From: a bacterium
Lineage (GTDB): Bacteria > Zhuqueibacterota > Zhuqueibacteria > Residuimicrobiales > Krinioviventaceae
Length of the DNA: 64,000 bases
NCBI GenBank assembly: GCA_963675755.2
Contig: CAXXMD010000003.1
Span: 2,784,001-2,848,000 of the forward strand
Reading direction: 5' to 3'
The notes beneath the pieces are model-generated. The model did no database searches, was not told the origin of the DNA, and was given only the letters and a program-made list of their open reading frames with translations. The position numbers and the translations under genes are program-made. Shown here in pieces: positions 1 to 9,816 of the stretch (within the stretch, counting starts at the first letter, position 1; each line of letters begins with the position of its first letter).

Positions 1-190
1 GTTGTACCATTTGGTAAGAACATTCAATGGTATGCCTGGTAAAACCGAAAAAGCTTTCACATTCTACTGAAAAGCCACTTGTACCAAAATAACTCCAGGA
101 TTCGTTGTTGTTTTGTAATCCCCTTGCCTGCATGTATGCAAAGCTCTGTGCCGAGAATATAAGGAGAAATGCAATAACAGTTTTTTTCAT
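1..190 (-). CDS. Secreted protein, 5' part only (runs off the window); possibly a further VIT-like paralog
   Basis: ATG at 190 with a GGAGGGA RBS. Translates to MKKTVIAFLLIFSAQSFA-YMQARGLQ..., open to the window edge. Signal peptide resembles that of 2290..4371. Not in the ORF track. Confidence 0.75.
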   Translation of the reverse strand, partial: MKKTVIAFLLIFSAQSFAYMQARGLQNNNESWSYFGTSGFSVECESFFGFTRHTIECSYQMVQ

Positions 191-211
191 GATTCCCTCC
201 TTGTTTAGATA

Positions 212-242
212 ATCCCCGGGAGTTAAAATCTCCCGGGGGGAT
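212..242. terminator. Intergenic GC-rich hairpin (terminator or mRNA-stabilising stem)
   Basis: CCCCGGGAG...CTCCCGGGG inverted repeat just after the stop of 247..2244; no clear U-tract. Confidence 0.5.
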
Positions 243-246
243 AGTA

Positions 247-2244
247 CTATTTCACAAAACTCATTTTTTTGCTCAAGGTAAAGCGTTGTCCAAAGACATT
301 TGTGTACTCGATCTGGTAGAGGTATATACCCGCAGCAACCAGATGGCCGCTTAGGTCTGTGCCGTTCCATGCCAGAGAATGCGTGCCTGCCTGTTGGGTA
401 TTGTTGTATAATACATTCACCAGTCGTCCGGTGATATCATAAATCTTGATGGTCACATGTCCCGAGGACGGGATGCTGTAACTGATGGTTGTAGACGGAT
501 TGAAAGGATTAGGATAGTTTGCGTTCAGACTCAATCGGTGTGGGAAAATTTCTGTGGGTTCAGCTACATTCGTGGCAGTATGAGAAACAAAAAACGCGTT
601 TATGTCTTCACTCCAAAGACTATCGCCATTCAGGTTCAATGCCAATACTTTCCAGAAATAGGTTTGCCCTTGAGTGAAATCGCTCAGCTTTTTTGTCGTA
701 TCTTGTTCAATATTTACAATTGTCGGATTGTTAAATTCGACATTGTCTGCCAGGTAAAGTTTGTACGGAGTAGTTATTTCTGGTAAATCATCTTGCTCCT
801 GTCCTGATGCCCATTTGAAAAGGGGAGCAGTAGTTGATATGGTTTGATCATTCAACGGTTCCAGAAGAGAAAAGGATTTCAATTTACGTGAAAAGTTTTT
901 TGGCATAATTTTGCAATTAAACTCGTATGGTCTGCTTGCCATTCTTTTTAACCAGCAAGCCATAAATTTGTTTTCTGTTTTAAAGAAAAAGAAAGGGTTG
1001 CAAAAATTATATTTGTTAAAACTGTTAGAGATGATGAATTCTTTGGTAAGAGGGGTTAAGTTCTTGTCTAACAACATACAACTGGTATTGCTTGGAGAAT
1101 TTTCACGATTCCCCCAATACATAAAAAAAGTATCATCTATCTTTTGTATTGAAATGTTATATCTTGTTTCCTTCGGAAAGCTGGAAATCAAGGTAGGTTC
1201 TGATATGTTCAATTCGAGGTCAAGCGAATAATAGTAAACTTTGCTGTTTTCATTAGATGAGTAACCAGGAATACTGGATTTGAATATTATGATTTCATTA
1301 TTATCTAAGAGAAATGGGGTGAAAAATTTTTCATACCAGTATGTATAATTGCTCAAGAATTTGGGTTCACTGATGATCAAGCTGTTATTGTTTGTTATAG
1401 TTACAGCTGAAAATGTAAAAGTTGATTCATTATGATGATCATAAAGTAGTATGATGGAACCATCATCTTTTTCAATAAAAGGTTTGTATGCTTTTTCTAT
1501 ACTTCTGCCCAACACATATGTTTTGATACTATTATAATTGCCTGATTCATCAAAGAATTGAATACTGAAAAAATCCTGAAAATCTCGCCAGCCAGCAATA
1601 AAGCCGTTGTTTGACAATGGAGTAATACTAATAGTTTGGTATTTATATGATTGCGGATACGAATCAATTGGGAAATAACTGCCTACTTTTTGACATAGAG
1701 GAGTTAATATTTGTGCATAATATTTGCCATAATAATCATAGTTGTGATTATCATTTAATTCAAACCATACAACTAGAAAATTGTCATTTTTAAGTTTGAT
1801 GAAATGTGTAATGATAACACCATACCCCTGGGTGTCTGGATTTAATCTGCATTCATCACCAACAGGCTCTCCGGTTTCTGTATATCTCTGTACAACAACT
1901 TTGGATACATCTTTTTGACAACAAGTAAGAAATTGGTTATTGTTTACAGCACTAACTAAAAATGGTCTATGTCTGTATTTGACTTCCACTTCATTATACA
2001 GCTTTTCACCTGATGGAGAAAGGATTTGAAATCCCATAGTATTTAAACCATAGGTGATTACAATATTGCCATTTTCCAGTATTGCATAATCTGAATTTTT
2101 ATAAATTCCAATTTCTACGTTTGAATTTAACTGGATTTCAGGATAATACGGTTGTGAAAATAATGGGTGAGCTATTATTATTGTGAAGAAAAAGAAAAGG
2201 ATATATTTTAGATTCTTATAATCAAAACACATGTTTAACCCCAA
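247..2244 (-). CDS. Secreted protein: propeller-like repeats, an Fn3-like domain and a T9SS-type-A/FlgD C-terminal sorting domain
   Basis: Signal peptide; repeats such as 'VVQRYTETGEPVGDE...FLVVW' and 'YAQILTP...VGSYF...GFIAGW'; 'FSLLEP...LFKW...YFWKV' domain; NYPNPFNP CTD. Start could be the ATG at 2232. Confidence 0.8.
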   Translation of the reverse strand: MGLNMCFDYKNLKYILFFFFTIIIAHPLFSQPYYPEIQLNSNVEIGIYKNSDYAILENGNIVITYGLNTMGFQILSPSGEKLYNEVEVKYRHRPFLVSAVNNNQFLTCCQKDVSKVVVQRYTETGEPVGDECRLNPDTQGYGVIITHFIKLKNDNFLVVWFELNDNHNYDYYGKYYAQILTPLCQKVGSYFPIDSYPQSYKYQTISITPLSNNGFIAGWRDFQDFFSIQFFDESGNYNSIKTYVLGRSIEKAYKPFIEKDDGSIILLYDHHNESTFTFSAVTITNNNSLIISEPKFLSNYTYWYEKFFTPFLLDNNEIIIFKSSIPGYSSNENSKVYYYSLDLELNISEPTLISSFPKETRYNISIQKIDDTFFMYWGNRENSPSNTSCMLLDKNLTPLTKEFIISNSFNKYNFCNPFFFFKTENKFMACWLKRMASRPYEFNCKIMPKNFSRKLKSFSLLEPLNDQTISTTAPLFKWASGQEQDDLPEITTPYKLYLADNVEFNNPTIVNIEQDTTKKLSDFTQGQTYFWKVLALNLNGDSLWSEDINAFFVSHTATNVAEPTEIFPHRLSLNANYPNPFNPSTTISYSIPSSGHVTIKIYDITGRLVNVLYNNTQQAGTHSLAWNGTDLSGHLVAAGIYLYQIEYTNVFGQRFTLSKKMSFVK
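248..516. repeat. Direct repeat copy 1 (C-terminal sorting domain), near-identical to 2291..2559
   Basis: Manual alignment at offset 2043: 8 mismatches in 269 bp. Confidence 0.95.
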
Positions 2245-2250
2245 AAGTTT

Positions 2251-2285
2251 AGCGTTAGAGATTATTCAATCTCTAACGCTTTTTT
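2251..2285. terminator. 13-bp hairpin between the VIT-vWA gene and the passenger gene
   Basis: AGCGTTAGAGATT-attc-AATCTCTAACGCT; the T-run is on the + side, so its role on the - strand is uncertain. Confidence 0.6.
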
Positions 2286-2289
2286 AAAA

Positions 2290-4371
2290 TTATTTCACAA
2301 AACTCATTTTTTTGCTCAAGGTAAAGCGTTGACCAAAGACATTTGTGTACTCGATCTGGTAGAGGTATATACCCGCAGCAACCAGATGGCCGTTCAGGTC
2401 TGTGCCGTTCCATGCCAGAGAATGCGTGCCTGCCTGTTGGGTATTGTTGTATAATACATTCACCAGCCGTCCGGTGATATCATAAATCTTGATGGTCACA
2501 TGTCCCGAAGACGGGATGCTGTAACTGATGGTTGTTGATGGATTGAAAGGATTTGGATAATTCTGGTTCAATACAAATTCTTCCGGTACAATGATATCCT
2601 TGTCAATATCTGTGCTCGGATCAGAGTAGAATGCGGTATAGGGAGTAAGGATCTGGAATTTTAAAGACAGTTCAATGACCTGGTCCACCAGTTCATCCAG
2701 TTCACCATAGATGGCAATTTGGTCTAACAGATAATCGATTTTAGCTTTTGCCCACAAACGGGGGATAAAGCGGTGCCCGCCCGGTTGACGGCTGAATCCC
2801 GCATCGGACATGAAGCTTTTCTGCTGACCGCTAACTTCTCCCGTCAGGTATACTTTGAAATTACCTTCATTAGTATAAATACCCATCTGCATGACCTGGT
2901 TTCCCCAAAACAAGTCGGGCAGGGGACGTGGATACTTGTCGGATGTGCTTAATCCTTCAATCTTGATGTCCAGATCTGTCAATACCGGTTTGGATATACG
3001 TTGGAAATGATTGCTGATGGTTGTATAGATATCGTCATCCTCTGTGATAAATTCCGCGTAACCGCCGTTTTCGACCGCCATCTGAACCAAAAGCTGCTCG
3101 CTTACATCTTCTCCCACACCAAAAGAGAAAATGCGTACATCCTGGGTATTATACTCGGCAACATTTGCAAGGATATTGGGGATAAATGTTTCTCCCCAGG
3201 TGGGGTATCCATCTGTAAGGAAAACCAGCATGTTTGAAAATTCATTGGAAAAAGATTGGTTGAGTGATACCTGCATAGCTTCGTCGATATTGGTCAGCCC
3301 CAAAGCGCCAATATTGGTAACAAATGCCTGGGCTTCGTTGATCTTGTCCGGCGTTGCGTAAACCAGATTGCTCTTGAACAGTTGCACAGTTGTGCCAAAG
3401 GTGATAATGTTAAACTGATCATCCTGCTGCAGATTGTCTAAAAATGCCATTAAAGATTCTTTTAGCTGAATGATGCGTGTCCCTTCCATACTGGAGGATA
3501 CATCTGCGGTGAATACGATTTTTTTGGGTATATCTTCATCGTCCGAAATTTCATCCGGCGGGGTGATCCAGGTTGCGTAATACGAGTCATCCCCTATAGA
3601 GTCATCTTCCGTGGGCGTATATGTGAGTACATTTACTTGTACCTGCTCGCGGATGGTTTCAAACTGAACCGTCAGGTCCTGGGTTGGGACAAAATTTTCG
3701 TCTCCAAAAATTAAATTGTATTTATTTTCGCTTTCTTTGGTGATATTCAGCGCGGTTGAAGAATCCATTCCCGGTGTGTCAACGGATTTGATATTGTTTT
3801 CTGTTACAATGGTACCGGAGACGGACACCCGTTCGAGCGGTTTGGGCGATATTTCTGTTGCATTGAGCAGAAATGTATAATCAATAGTACCAAATTCATA
3901 AGGCAGCAGTTCAACATATGTGATTTTTACGCGTACATCGGAAGCACCAAAGATGGGGGCAATGCTGAGTCGGTATAAATTATTACCCAGGTATTCTAGC
4001 AGTGCAGGATCAAGGTATTGCCTGATTTTTTCATTGTATTCCTGCTTGGCTTCTTCACGTTCTTTGATTGCACCTTCGTACCATTCACCATTGAACCAGT
4101 AAAATAATTCGGTGACCACTGCATTGTCCGGTAACGGGAAAATACAAACGGCTTCAACTGTTTGATTGAGCTCATTTCTAAACACCTGGTCAATATAGGT
4201 GACTGCTATCTGGCCTTCAATTTCCACAGTTGCATCAACGCTTTTGATCCAGACCTTGTCGTACTCGGTATTACTGCCAAGTGGACGACTAAACAGGGCG
4301 CCAAGTGCAAAGACAGATTGCGCGCTTGCAAAAACCAGCAAAAATATAATTAATGTCTTTTTTGCGTTCAT
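2290..4371 (-). CDS. Secreted VIT-vWA (inter-alpha-trypsin-inhibitor-heavy-chain-like) protein with a T9SS/FlgD CTD
   Basis: VIT motif 'VFRNELNQTVEAVCIFPLPDNAVV'; vWA MIDAS 'DVSSSM' and 'FLTDG'; 'RLWAKAKI...ILTPYTAF'; NYPNPFNP CTD. Confidence 0.9.
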   Translation of the reverse strand: MNAKKTLIIFLLVFASAQSVFALGALFSRPLGSNTEYDKVWIKSVDATVEIEGQIAVTYIDQVFRNELNQTVEAVCIFPLPDNAVVTELFYWFNGEWYEGAIKEREEAKQEYNEKIRQYLDPALLEYLGNNLYRLSIAPIFGASDVRVKITYVELLPYEFGTIDYTFLLNATEISPKPLERVSVSGTIVTENNIKSVDTPGMDSSTALNITKESENKYNLIFGDENFVPTQDLTVQFETIREQVQVNVLTYTPTEDDSIGDDSYYATWITPPDEISDDEDIPKKIVFTADVSSSMEGTRIIQLKESLMAFLDNLQQDDQFNIITFGTTVQLFKSNLVYATPDKINEAQAFVTNIGALGLTNIDEAMQVSLNQSFSNEFSNMLVFLTDGYPTWGETFIPNILANVAEYNTQDVRIFSFGVGEDVSEQLLVQMAVENGGYAEFITEDDDIYTTISNHFQRISKPVLTDLDIKIEGLSTSDKYPRPLPDLFWGNQVMQMGIYTNEGNFKVYLTGEVSGQQKSFMSDAGFSRQPGGHRFIPRLWAKAKIDYLLDQIAIYGELDELVDQVIELSLKFQILTPYTAFYSDPSTDIDKDIIVPEEFVLNQNYPNPFNPSTTISYSIPSSGHVTIKIYDITGRLVNVLYNNTQQAGTHSLAWNGTDLNGHLVAAGIYLYQIEYTNVFGQRFTLSKKMSFVK
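2291..2559. repeat. Direct repeat copy 2 (C-terminal sorting domain)
   Basis: Near-identical to 248..516. Confidence 0.95.
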
Positions 4372-4382
4372 GATTTTTCCCT

Positions 4383-6413
4383 TTATTTTAAGAGTGTAAT
4401 TTTTGTTGAGCTAATATGATCACCAATCTGTAAAAATACGATATATGTGCCACTGGGTAATGCATTGCCATAAAAGTCTATGCCATTGAACCGGATCTCG
4501 TGCATTCCGGGTTCAAGGTGAGATATATCAATTACGGATACCAGTTGTCCCAATGCATTAAAGATTTTGATCAATTTTGTTTTCTCAGACCTAACGTCAG
4601 GAGATAGGTAAAACCGGATTGTGGTTGTTGGATTAAACGGATTCGGGTAATTTCCAACCAGATATGATTCCGGTACCTGTGCGCTGCCTGTTGACAGTTT
4701 ATCTATTGAGGTTGCCGGGGTTTCATAATCCGCAATATAAGCCGTATACCGGCATCTGATATTATATGCCAAGCTGATGCTTATCAATTCTTCTTTAAGA
4801 TCAGCGGTTTCGCCGTATATCTCAATCTCTTGTTCAAGAGCATCTATTTTTTCTTTAGCCCAGAAACGTTCTGTTACTTTGAGCGAATCTGTGCTGCTGT
4901 TGAAATCCAATTGTTTGTTGATGGATTGCGTTCCATCCGGTGACTTGCCAGCCATAGCAAAGGCAAAACTTCCGGGAGTAGAATAGCGTCCTGTCATAAA
5001 GAAACTGGTACCTGAATAGGTGGTAGGAAGCTTTTCGGGCAATACGTCATAAAGTTCCAACTCACCAAATTCAAAGGCTACTTCTTTTAAAATAGGCTTG
5101 CTAATTTTTTCAAAAACGCGCGTCATACCATCGTATAAATTTTCATCCTGATTAAAATAGGTTACAAATCCATAATTCAAAGCTGCAAGCATTTCCAAAC
5201 GTTCGTAACTGATATTTTCGCCAACCCCAATGGGGAATATGCCCGTTTTAAAAGTATTATTGCTTTCAATCAATTTTGGGTCTATTGTAGAATATCCGTT
5301 TGTAAAAGTCAATATTGCATTGCTATACGTATCATCTTTTATTTGTAATAGTGCGTCATCTAATCCACTACCCAAATTTGAACCGTAATGTGTGGTAATT
5401 CCTTCAAGATACGTTTTAGCAGCTTGTTTATATTCTTCTGTGGCAGGTACGGGAACAGTCTGCCAGCTAGTTGTACTGTAATTAGATAGTAAAATATTAA
5501 AATAATCTGTTTCCTGCAACAACTCTATCATGTGAGAAATGGATTTTATACTTTGGTCTAAAACATAACCTGCCATGTTGCTGGAATTATCCAGTAAAAA
5601 GATTATTCGTTTGGGGTAAATGTTGTTCGCATCCCTTATCGCCTTGGGGAGTACGAATAAACAAAAATGGCCATCTGTACTATCGTTTGCAACAGAGTAA
5701 AAATCTATCCCGGTTTCGCTGCTAACTGTGTTGTACCAGAATTCAATATCACGGTCTTGATAGCTTTTCGGCCAGATCATTTCAACCTTTATATGGTTGT
5801 CATCCTGGTTTATGATATTATAATCTGTATGCGTTGTGCAACCAAAACCGGTAATGGGTGTAATACTGTTAATGTTAACAGTGAATTGTAAATGGTCCAG
5901 CGGCAATTGAATAAAATTGCTCGTATCCAGAGGATATTTAAAGCTGGTTTTGCCCAGATAATAGTCACAATGTTGGACATATGTTAAACGTACTTTTTGT
6001 ATTTCACCCGCTTTAATATTTCGCAAAGCTATCTTGATTCCATTGCGACCAATGTATTCGTTAACCTCTGCAATAATACCGCCTTCACCTGTGCCGGGGT
6101 TAACAGCCTGTTCTTTTACTTTCAGCACAGCTTTATAAATAGTATCGTCCTGCCAGTACAGAAATTCTGTAGCCCGTGCATTGGGAGGCAGGGGAAAAGA
6201 GTAAACCGCATCGGTTTTGTCATTGCTTTCGTTTAAAAATTCCTGATAGACAATTGTTTCAGCCATTAAACTGTTGATATTGATCGTTACGCGGGTGACG
6301 CGGTTCATCATAAAATCTTTGGGATAATTTTCATTCGTGGGTACCATCAAGCCGTCTGCAAGCGCGAATGAAAAACCAACCAATACGAGTAATGTGATTA
6401 TAAATTTTTTCAT
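4383..6413 (-). CDS. Secreted VIT-vWA protein with a degenerate MIDAS and a T9SS/FlgD CTD
   Basis: Start MKKFII at 6413 (AGGAG RBS); VIT 'EFLNESNDKTDAVYSFPLPPNARA'; vWA 'DNSSNM' and 'FTNG'; 'RFWAKEKI...RYTAY'; NYPNPFNP CTD. Confidence 0.9.
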   Translation of the reverse strand: MKKFIITLLVLVGFSFALADGLMVPTNENYPKDFMMNRVTRVTININSLMAETIVYQEFLNESNDKTDAVYSFPLPPNARATEFLYWQDDTIYKAVLKVKEQAVNPGTGEGGIIAEVNEYIGRNGIKIALRNIKAGEIQKVRLTYVQHCDYYLGKTSFKYPLDTSNFIQLPLDHLQFTVNINSITPITGFGCTTHTDYNIINQDDNHIKVEMIWPKSYQDRDIEFWYNTVSSETGIDFYSVANDSTDGHFCLFVLPKAIRDANNIYPKRIIFLLDNSSNMAGYVLDQSIKSISHMIELLQETDYFNILLSNYSTTSWQTVPVPATEEYKQAAKTYLEGITTHYGSNLGSGLDDALLQIKDDTYSNAILTFTNGYSTIDPKLIESNNTFKTGIFPIGVGENISYERLEMLAALNYGFVTYFNQDENLYDGMTRVFEKISKPILKEVAFEFGELELYDVLPEKLPTTYSGTSFFMTGRYSTPGSFAFAMAGKSPDGTQSINKQLDFNSSTDSLKVTERFWAKEKIDALEQEIEIYGETADLKEELISISLAYNIRCRYTAYIADYETPATSIDKLSTGSAQVPESYLVGNYPNPFNPTTTIRFYLSPDVRSEKTKLIKIFNALGQLVSVIDISHLEPGMHEIRFNGIDFYGNALPSGTYIVFLQIGDHISSTKITLLK

Positions 6414-6426
6414 GTTGTGCTCCTGT

Positions 6427-8750
6427 TTACTTGAGGTACAAAATTTTACGGATTTCATTTTTCAACTCGCCATTGTTCTGACGATGGCTCAATCTGACAA
6501 TATACATACCCCCACTCACCGGTATACCTTGCTCGTTTGTGGCATTCCAGATTAATCGGTTTGCTGTTTGGTTTGAGAGATCAAAGTGCCTGATCCGTTG
6601 ACCCAGTACATTATAGATGTCAACCCGGGCATCTTTTGAATTCTGCAATTGTATATCCAGTGTGATTTCCGGATTAAAGGGATTGGGATAACAGGCTATA
6701 GTTTCTGACTCGCTCACATAATCCGGTAAATAATATTCTGTTGTGGCTTCACCACCCAGTCCAGCATAGTGTATTTTGAGACGAAGCTGGGTAGAAGGTG
6801 CGGTAGGGTATTTACTTTTGAATGAAATTAAGTATTTATGTTGTGCTCTCATTCGGGATACGTCAAGAAGAATATCTCTGAAATTACCCCGAATATCATA
6901 AAAATTTCCACCGGTAGCATTGACAATGGGATCATAACTGGATGACTTGTAACCTGTTGAAGCAATTGCATGTACAGTTATATTATTAAGTAGCAGGTTG
7001 TTGATTACCTGATTCCTGTCCAGCGATGTGACATTGTCACTTTCATGATATCTTTCATCGGTTATCCAAATAATCATTCTTTTGGAATCATTTCTAAATG
7101 AAAATTGCGAAGCGTTCATTAATGCGTCGAGCGAGTTCTCTGGACTGTCACCGCCACCATGAGAGTATTGTTCATTGATCCATGATTTGAATTGATTGAT
7201 ATCACTGGTAAAGGGATAGGTGTTTTCAATTACGTCCAGAAAGGTTACCATTCCCAATTGATAATCAATTCCCCTCTCTGAAAGGCTGTCTGCAAATTCT
7301 ATGATATTATTTTTTACACCGGCAATTTCATCGCCCATGCTTCCTGTTACATCAAGAACAAATATTATATCGGCAGCGTTAACTCCACCGGTAGTATCTT
7401 TTAATAAACTGATTTGTTCAATACGTTGATCGTTTTCGTACAAAAATACATTTTCAGGCCGAAGATTGAGCAGCTTTTGACCGGTTTCTTCAATTTGTCC
7501 TGAAAATACCATTTGCAAGTCTGGATAGTTTTGGGTGATGAGAGAATCTATGGTGACTTCCAATCCTGTATCTGAAACGGGAGTTGCGGGTATTTTAACA
7601 TATCTGGAAAGGCTGTCGAGAACTGTACCGCCTTCATTAACAATGAGTCTGATCTTGACGATTTTTTCTTCATAGATCTCCCTGGTATGGAGCGGGAGTG
7701 ACATAAATGAACGTTCACTGGTAAGTGTGGTTTGATAGCTTTCATTGCTGCCATATATTTCATAAGGATTGTCGAGCAGAATATTAATATTGGGTGCGGT
7801 AAAATATTGATTGGTGCTCATCATTTCAACCGTGCTGGTAAAATCCTGAGGATACATGACATTGTCGCTCAAAATAAAATGATTTGGGCAATCCCAGCGT
7901 AGAAATACCGAAGTGCCAAATTCTGGAGATAATAATTCCAGGTATGCGGTTTGGGTTAACGTATCTCCACTGGCCAATGTTTTATCCTGCCAAAGAATTT
8001 CCAAAGCAGCATCATAAAGCACATGCTCATAGATTTCCGCATAGGGATTTTCAAATATGCGTTCCCAGTTGCCGGTAATGACTGTTGCATTAGGATCATC
8101 AAGACGCAGGCCCATTCGCATACCTCTTATTGTGCCATTATGCTCGGATATTTCAAAAAATTGTCCAGTTATGCTGCCCAATTCGTTGGTTTTGTCTTCA
8201 ATGTATCCATCGCCATAGCGCGAGAGTGCGGGATCAATCACCAATCCACCCCCAAGCTCATGACTTTCGGTATCATGATTTATGTAAGTCAGGTTGAATT
8301 GTGTGGTAATACCATCATTATGTGAGACCATTTCAAAGATTATTTCAATATTGCTTTCATTAATAAAATTAATAAAAAGCGAGCTATCGGTTTTTGAAGG
8401 ATAAAGATCACTTGTTGTTGGATAAAGTTCATCCATTCGCCCTTGTGATTGATCTATACTGAGCAGGGGATAGGATGTCATGGCGTAGGGATGTCCAAAC
8501 GTGAGGGTTTGTTTATTATCAAAAGGAGACCTGGAAAAGCCATCGTTGGATGTACCTAAAGTGAAATAGCCCCCGCTTATCATACTCATTTCAGAAAATG
8601 CAAGCTCGAGTTCAGCACTTGCATATGAATTGATTTGATTGTTTGTGGCTGAATTTTTTGCAAGTTTGGGGATTATATCATAATCCGCTTTGTTTAATGC
8701 AAAAACCTGCAAGCCAACAGTATAAATACAACTGTTAATTCTTTTTTCAT
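6427..8750 (-). CDS. Secreted vWA-domain protein with a T9SS/FlgD CTD; apparent 1-nt frameshift in the signal peptide
   Basis: vWA 'DIIFVLDVTGSM', 'GGGDSPEN', 'WITDE'; YPNPFNP CTD. The RBS-bearing ATG at 8750 (GGAGG) is out of frame with the long ORF that starts at TTG 8712. Confidence 0.85.
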
Positions 8751-8795
8751 GTTTCCTCCATATAATTTTTCCCCTGATATATCATGACTTGTTCA

Positions 8796-8811
8796 TTCAA
8801 CAACAATGCCA
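8796..8811 (-). promoter_or_regulatory. Putative sigma54 (-24/-12) promoter of the vWA/VIT operon
   Basis: TGGCATTGTTGTTGAA: GG-N10-GA, non-canonical -12. IHF-like TTTCAAGTCTTTG at 8853-8865. A sigma54 activator is encoded upstream. Confidence 0.6.
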
Positions 8812-8982
8812 TAGTCACTTAAACAGCAGATGTATGATTGAAAACCTTATTATTTCAAGTCTTTGTTTTTATTGGTTTTGTTTTGCTGGCTAGCCCCCGT
8901 TTGGCTGCCCTGTTTAGCTATTTGATAATATAAAGATATATAGTATGAAAAATTTGCGCAGTTGTCTAATTTTTTCAGAGTG

Positions 8983-9816
8983 CTACCATTTATAGCTTAA
9001 AGTGATTTGCGAATTCCCATTGGGACTGATTTCAGGTAACAGGCTGAAACTTGGGTTCGCTTTAGAAAAATCCGTAAACCATAATAAATCAGATTGGGTA
9101 TACAACCAGCATGCTGCAAATACAGATATGAGGATATTACGGTTCTTGTAGGCCGAGTTGTATGTATTGTACTGATCCTGAATGAGGTCAGGATTGGTCT
9201 CTGAAATATAGTCTTTGCGGGCTTTGCTGCAATCCTGTATCGAATAGACTGCGGCTGCAAATGTTATGGTATTAGCTCCTAAAAGAAACCACCCCTTTTT
9301 CGTTTGACCGTTGTGTATGTGTCCCCAGCCCGGTAAAATCATTGATCTTTTTAAACAACTGGTGATCTGGTTTGAATTGTTGATCCATTTAACAAGAGTA
9401 TCGGTTTTGGTTATGGTTTGTATGGTGGGTTTAACAGGTTCAGGCTCTTTTTCCTGTTCCTGTATTTGCATATTTTTAATTTCATTAAAAAAGGTAATGA
9501 TTTTAGGTGATATGGTTTTAGGATTAAGAGTAAAATCAGGATCGATTAAAAGAATAGCTTTGAAATCTTTTAATGCCTGGTCCATGTGCATCAAGGCGTA
9601 ATGGGATTGCGCGCGTAATTGTAAGACTGTAATTATCTGTTCCTGAGATAGATGTTCTTTGTGGCTGAGTAACTGGTCTGAATTTTCAATAGCCCTTGCA
9701 TATTCAAAGGATTTGAAATTTTGTTGAATGACATCAATTTCCGCATTGCCATATTGGCCAAATGCAGTTGATAAACATATGAAAAGTATGATAAAAACCC
9801 CTTTAACCATCCTCAT
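8983..9816 (-). CDS. Exported TPR protein with a DUF5683-like membrane/outer-membrane C-terminus
   Basis: Signal peptide; TPR helices ending 'ILLIDPDFTLNPKTISPKI'; 'RSMILPGWGHI' motif; ATGA overlap with the Kelch gene. Confidence 0.75.
   Translation of the reverse strand: MRMVKGVFIILFICLSTAFGQYGNAEIDVIQQNFKSFEYARAIENSDQLLSHKEHLSQEQIITVLQLRAQSHYALMHMDQALKDFKAILLIDPDFTLNPKTISPKIITFFNEIKNMQIQEQEKEPEPVKPTIQTITKTDTLVKWINNSNQITSCLKRSMILPGWGHIHNGQTKKGWFLLGANTITFAAAVYSIQDCSKARKDYISETNPDLIQDQYNTYNSAYKNRNILISVFAACWLYTQSDLLWFTDFSKANPSFSLLPEISPNGNSQITLSYKW

Noticed and set aside
248-2559. Diversity-generating retroelement (TR/VR pair)
   Set aside because: Mismatches are mostly synonymous and not restricted to adenines of one copy; both copies are coding; no reverse transcriptase in the window
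2600-2640. ITIH-like autocatalytic Asp-Pro cleavage site (SDPS)
   Set aside because: Lacks the GDPH/DPHF context and is absent from the paralog
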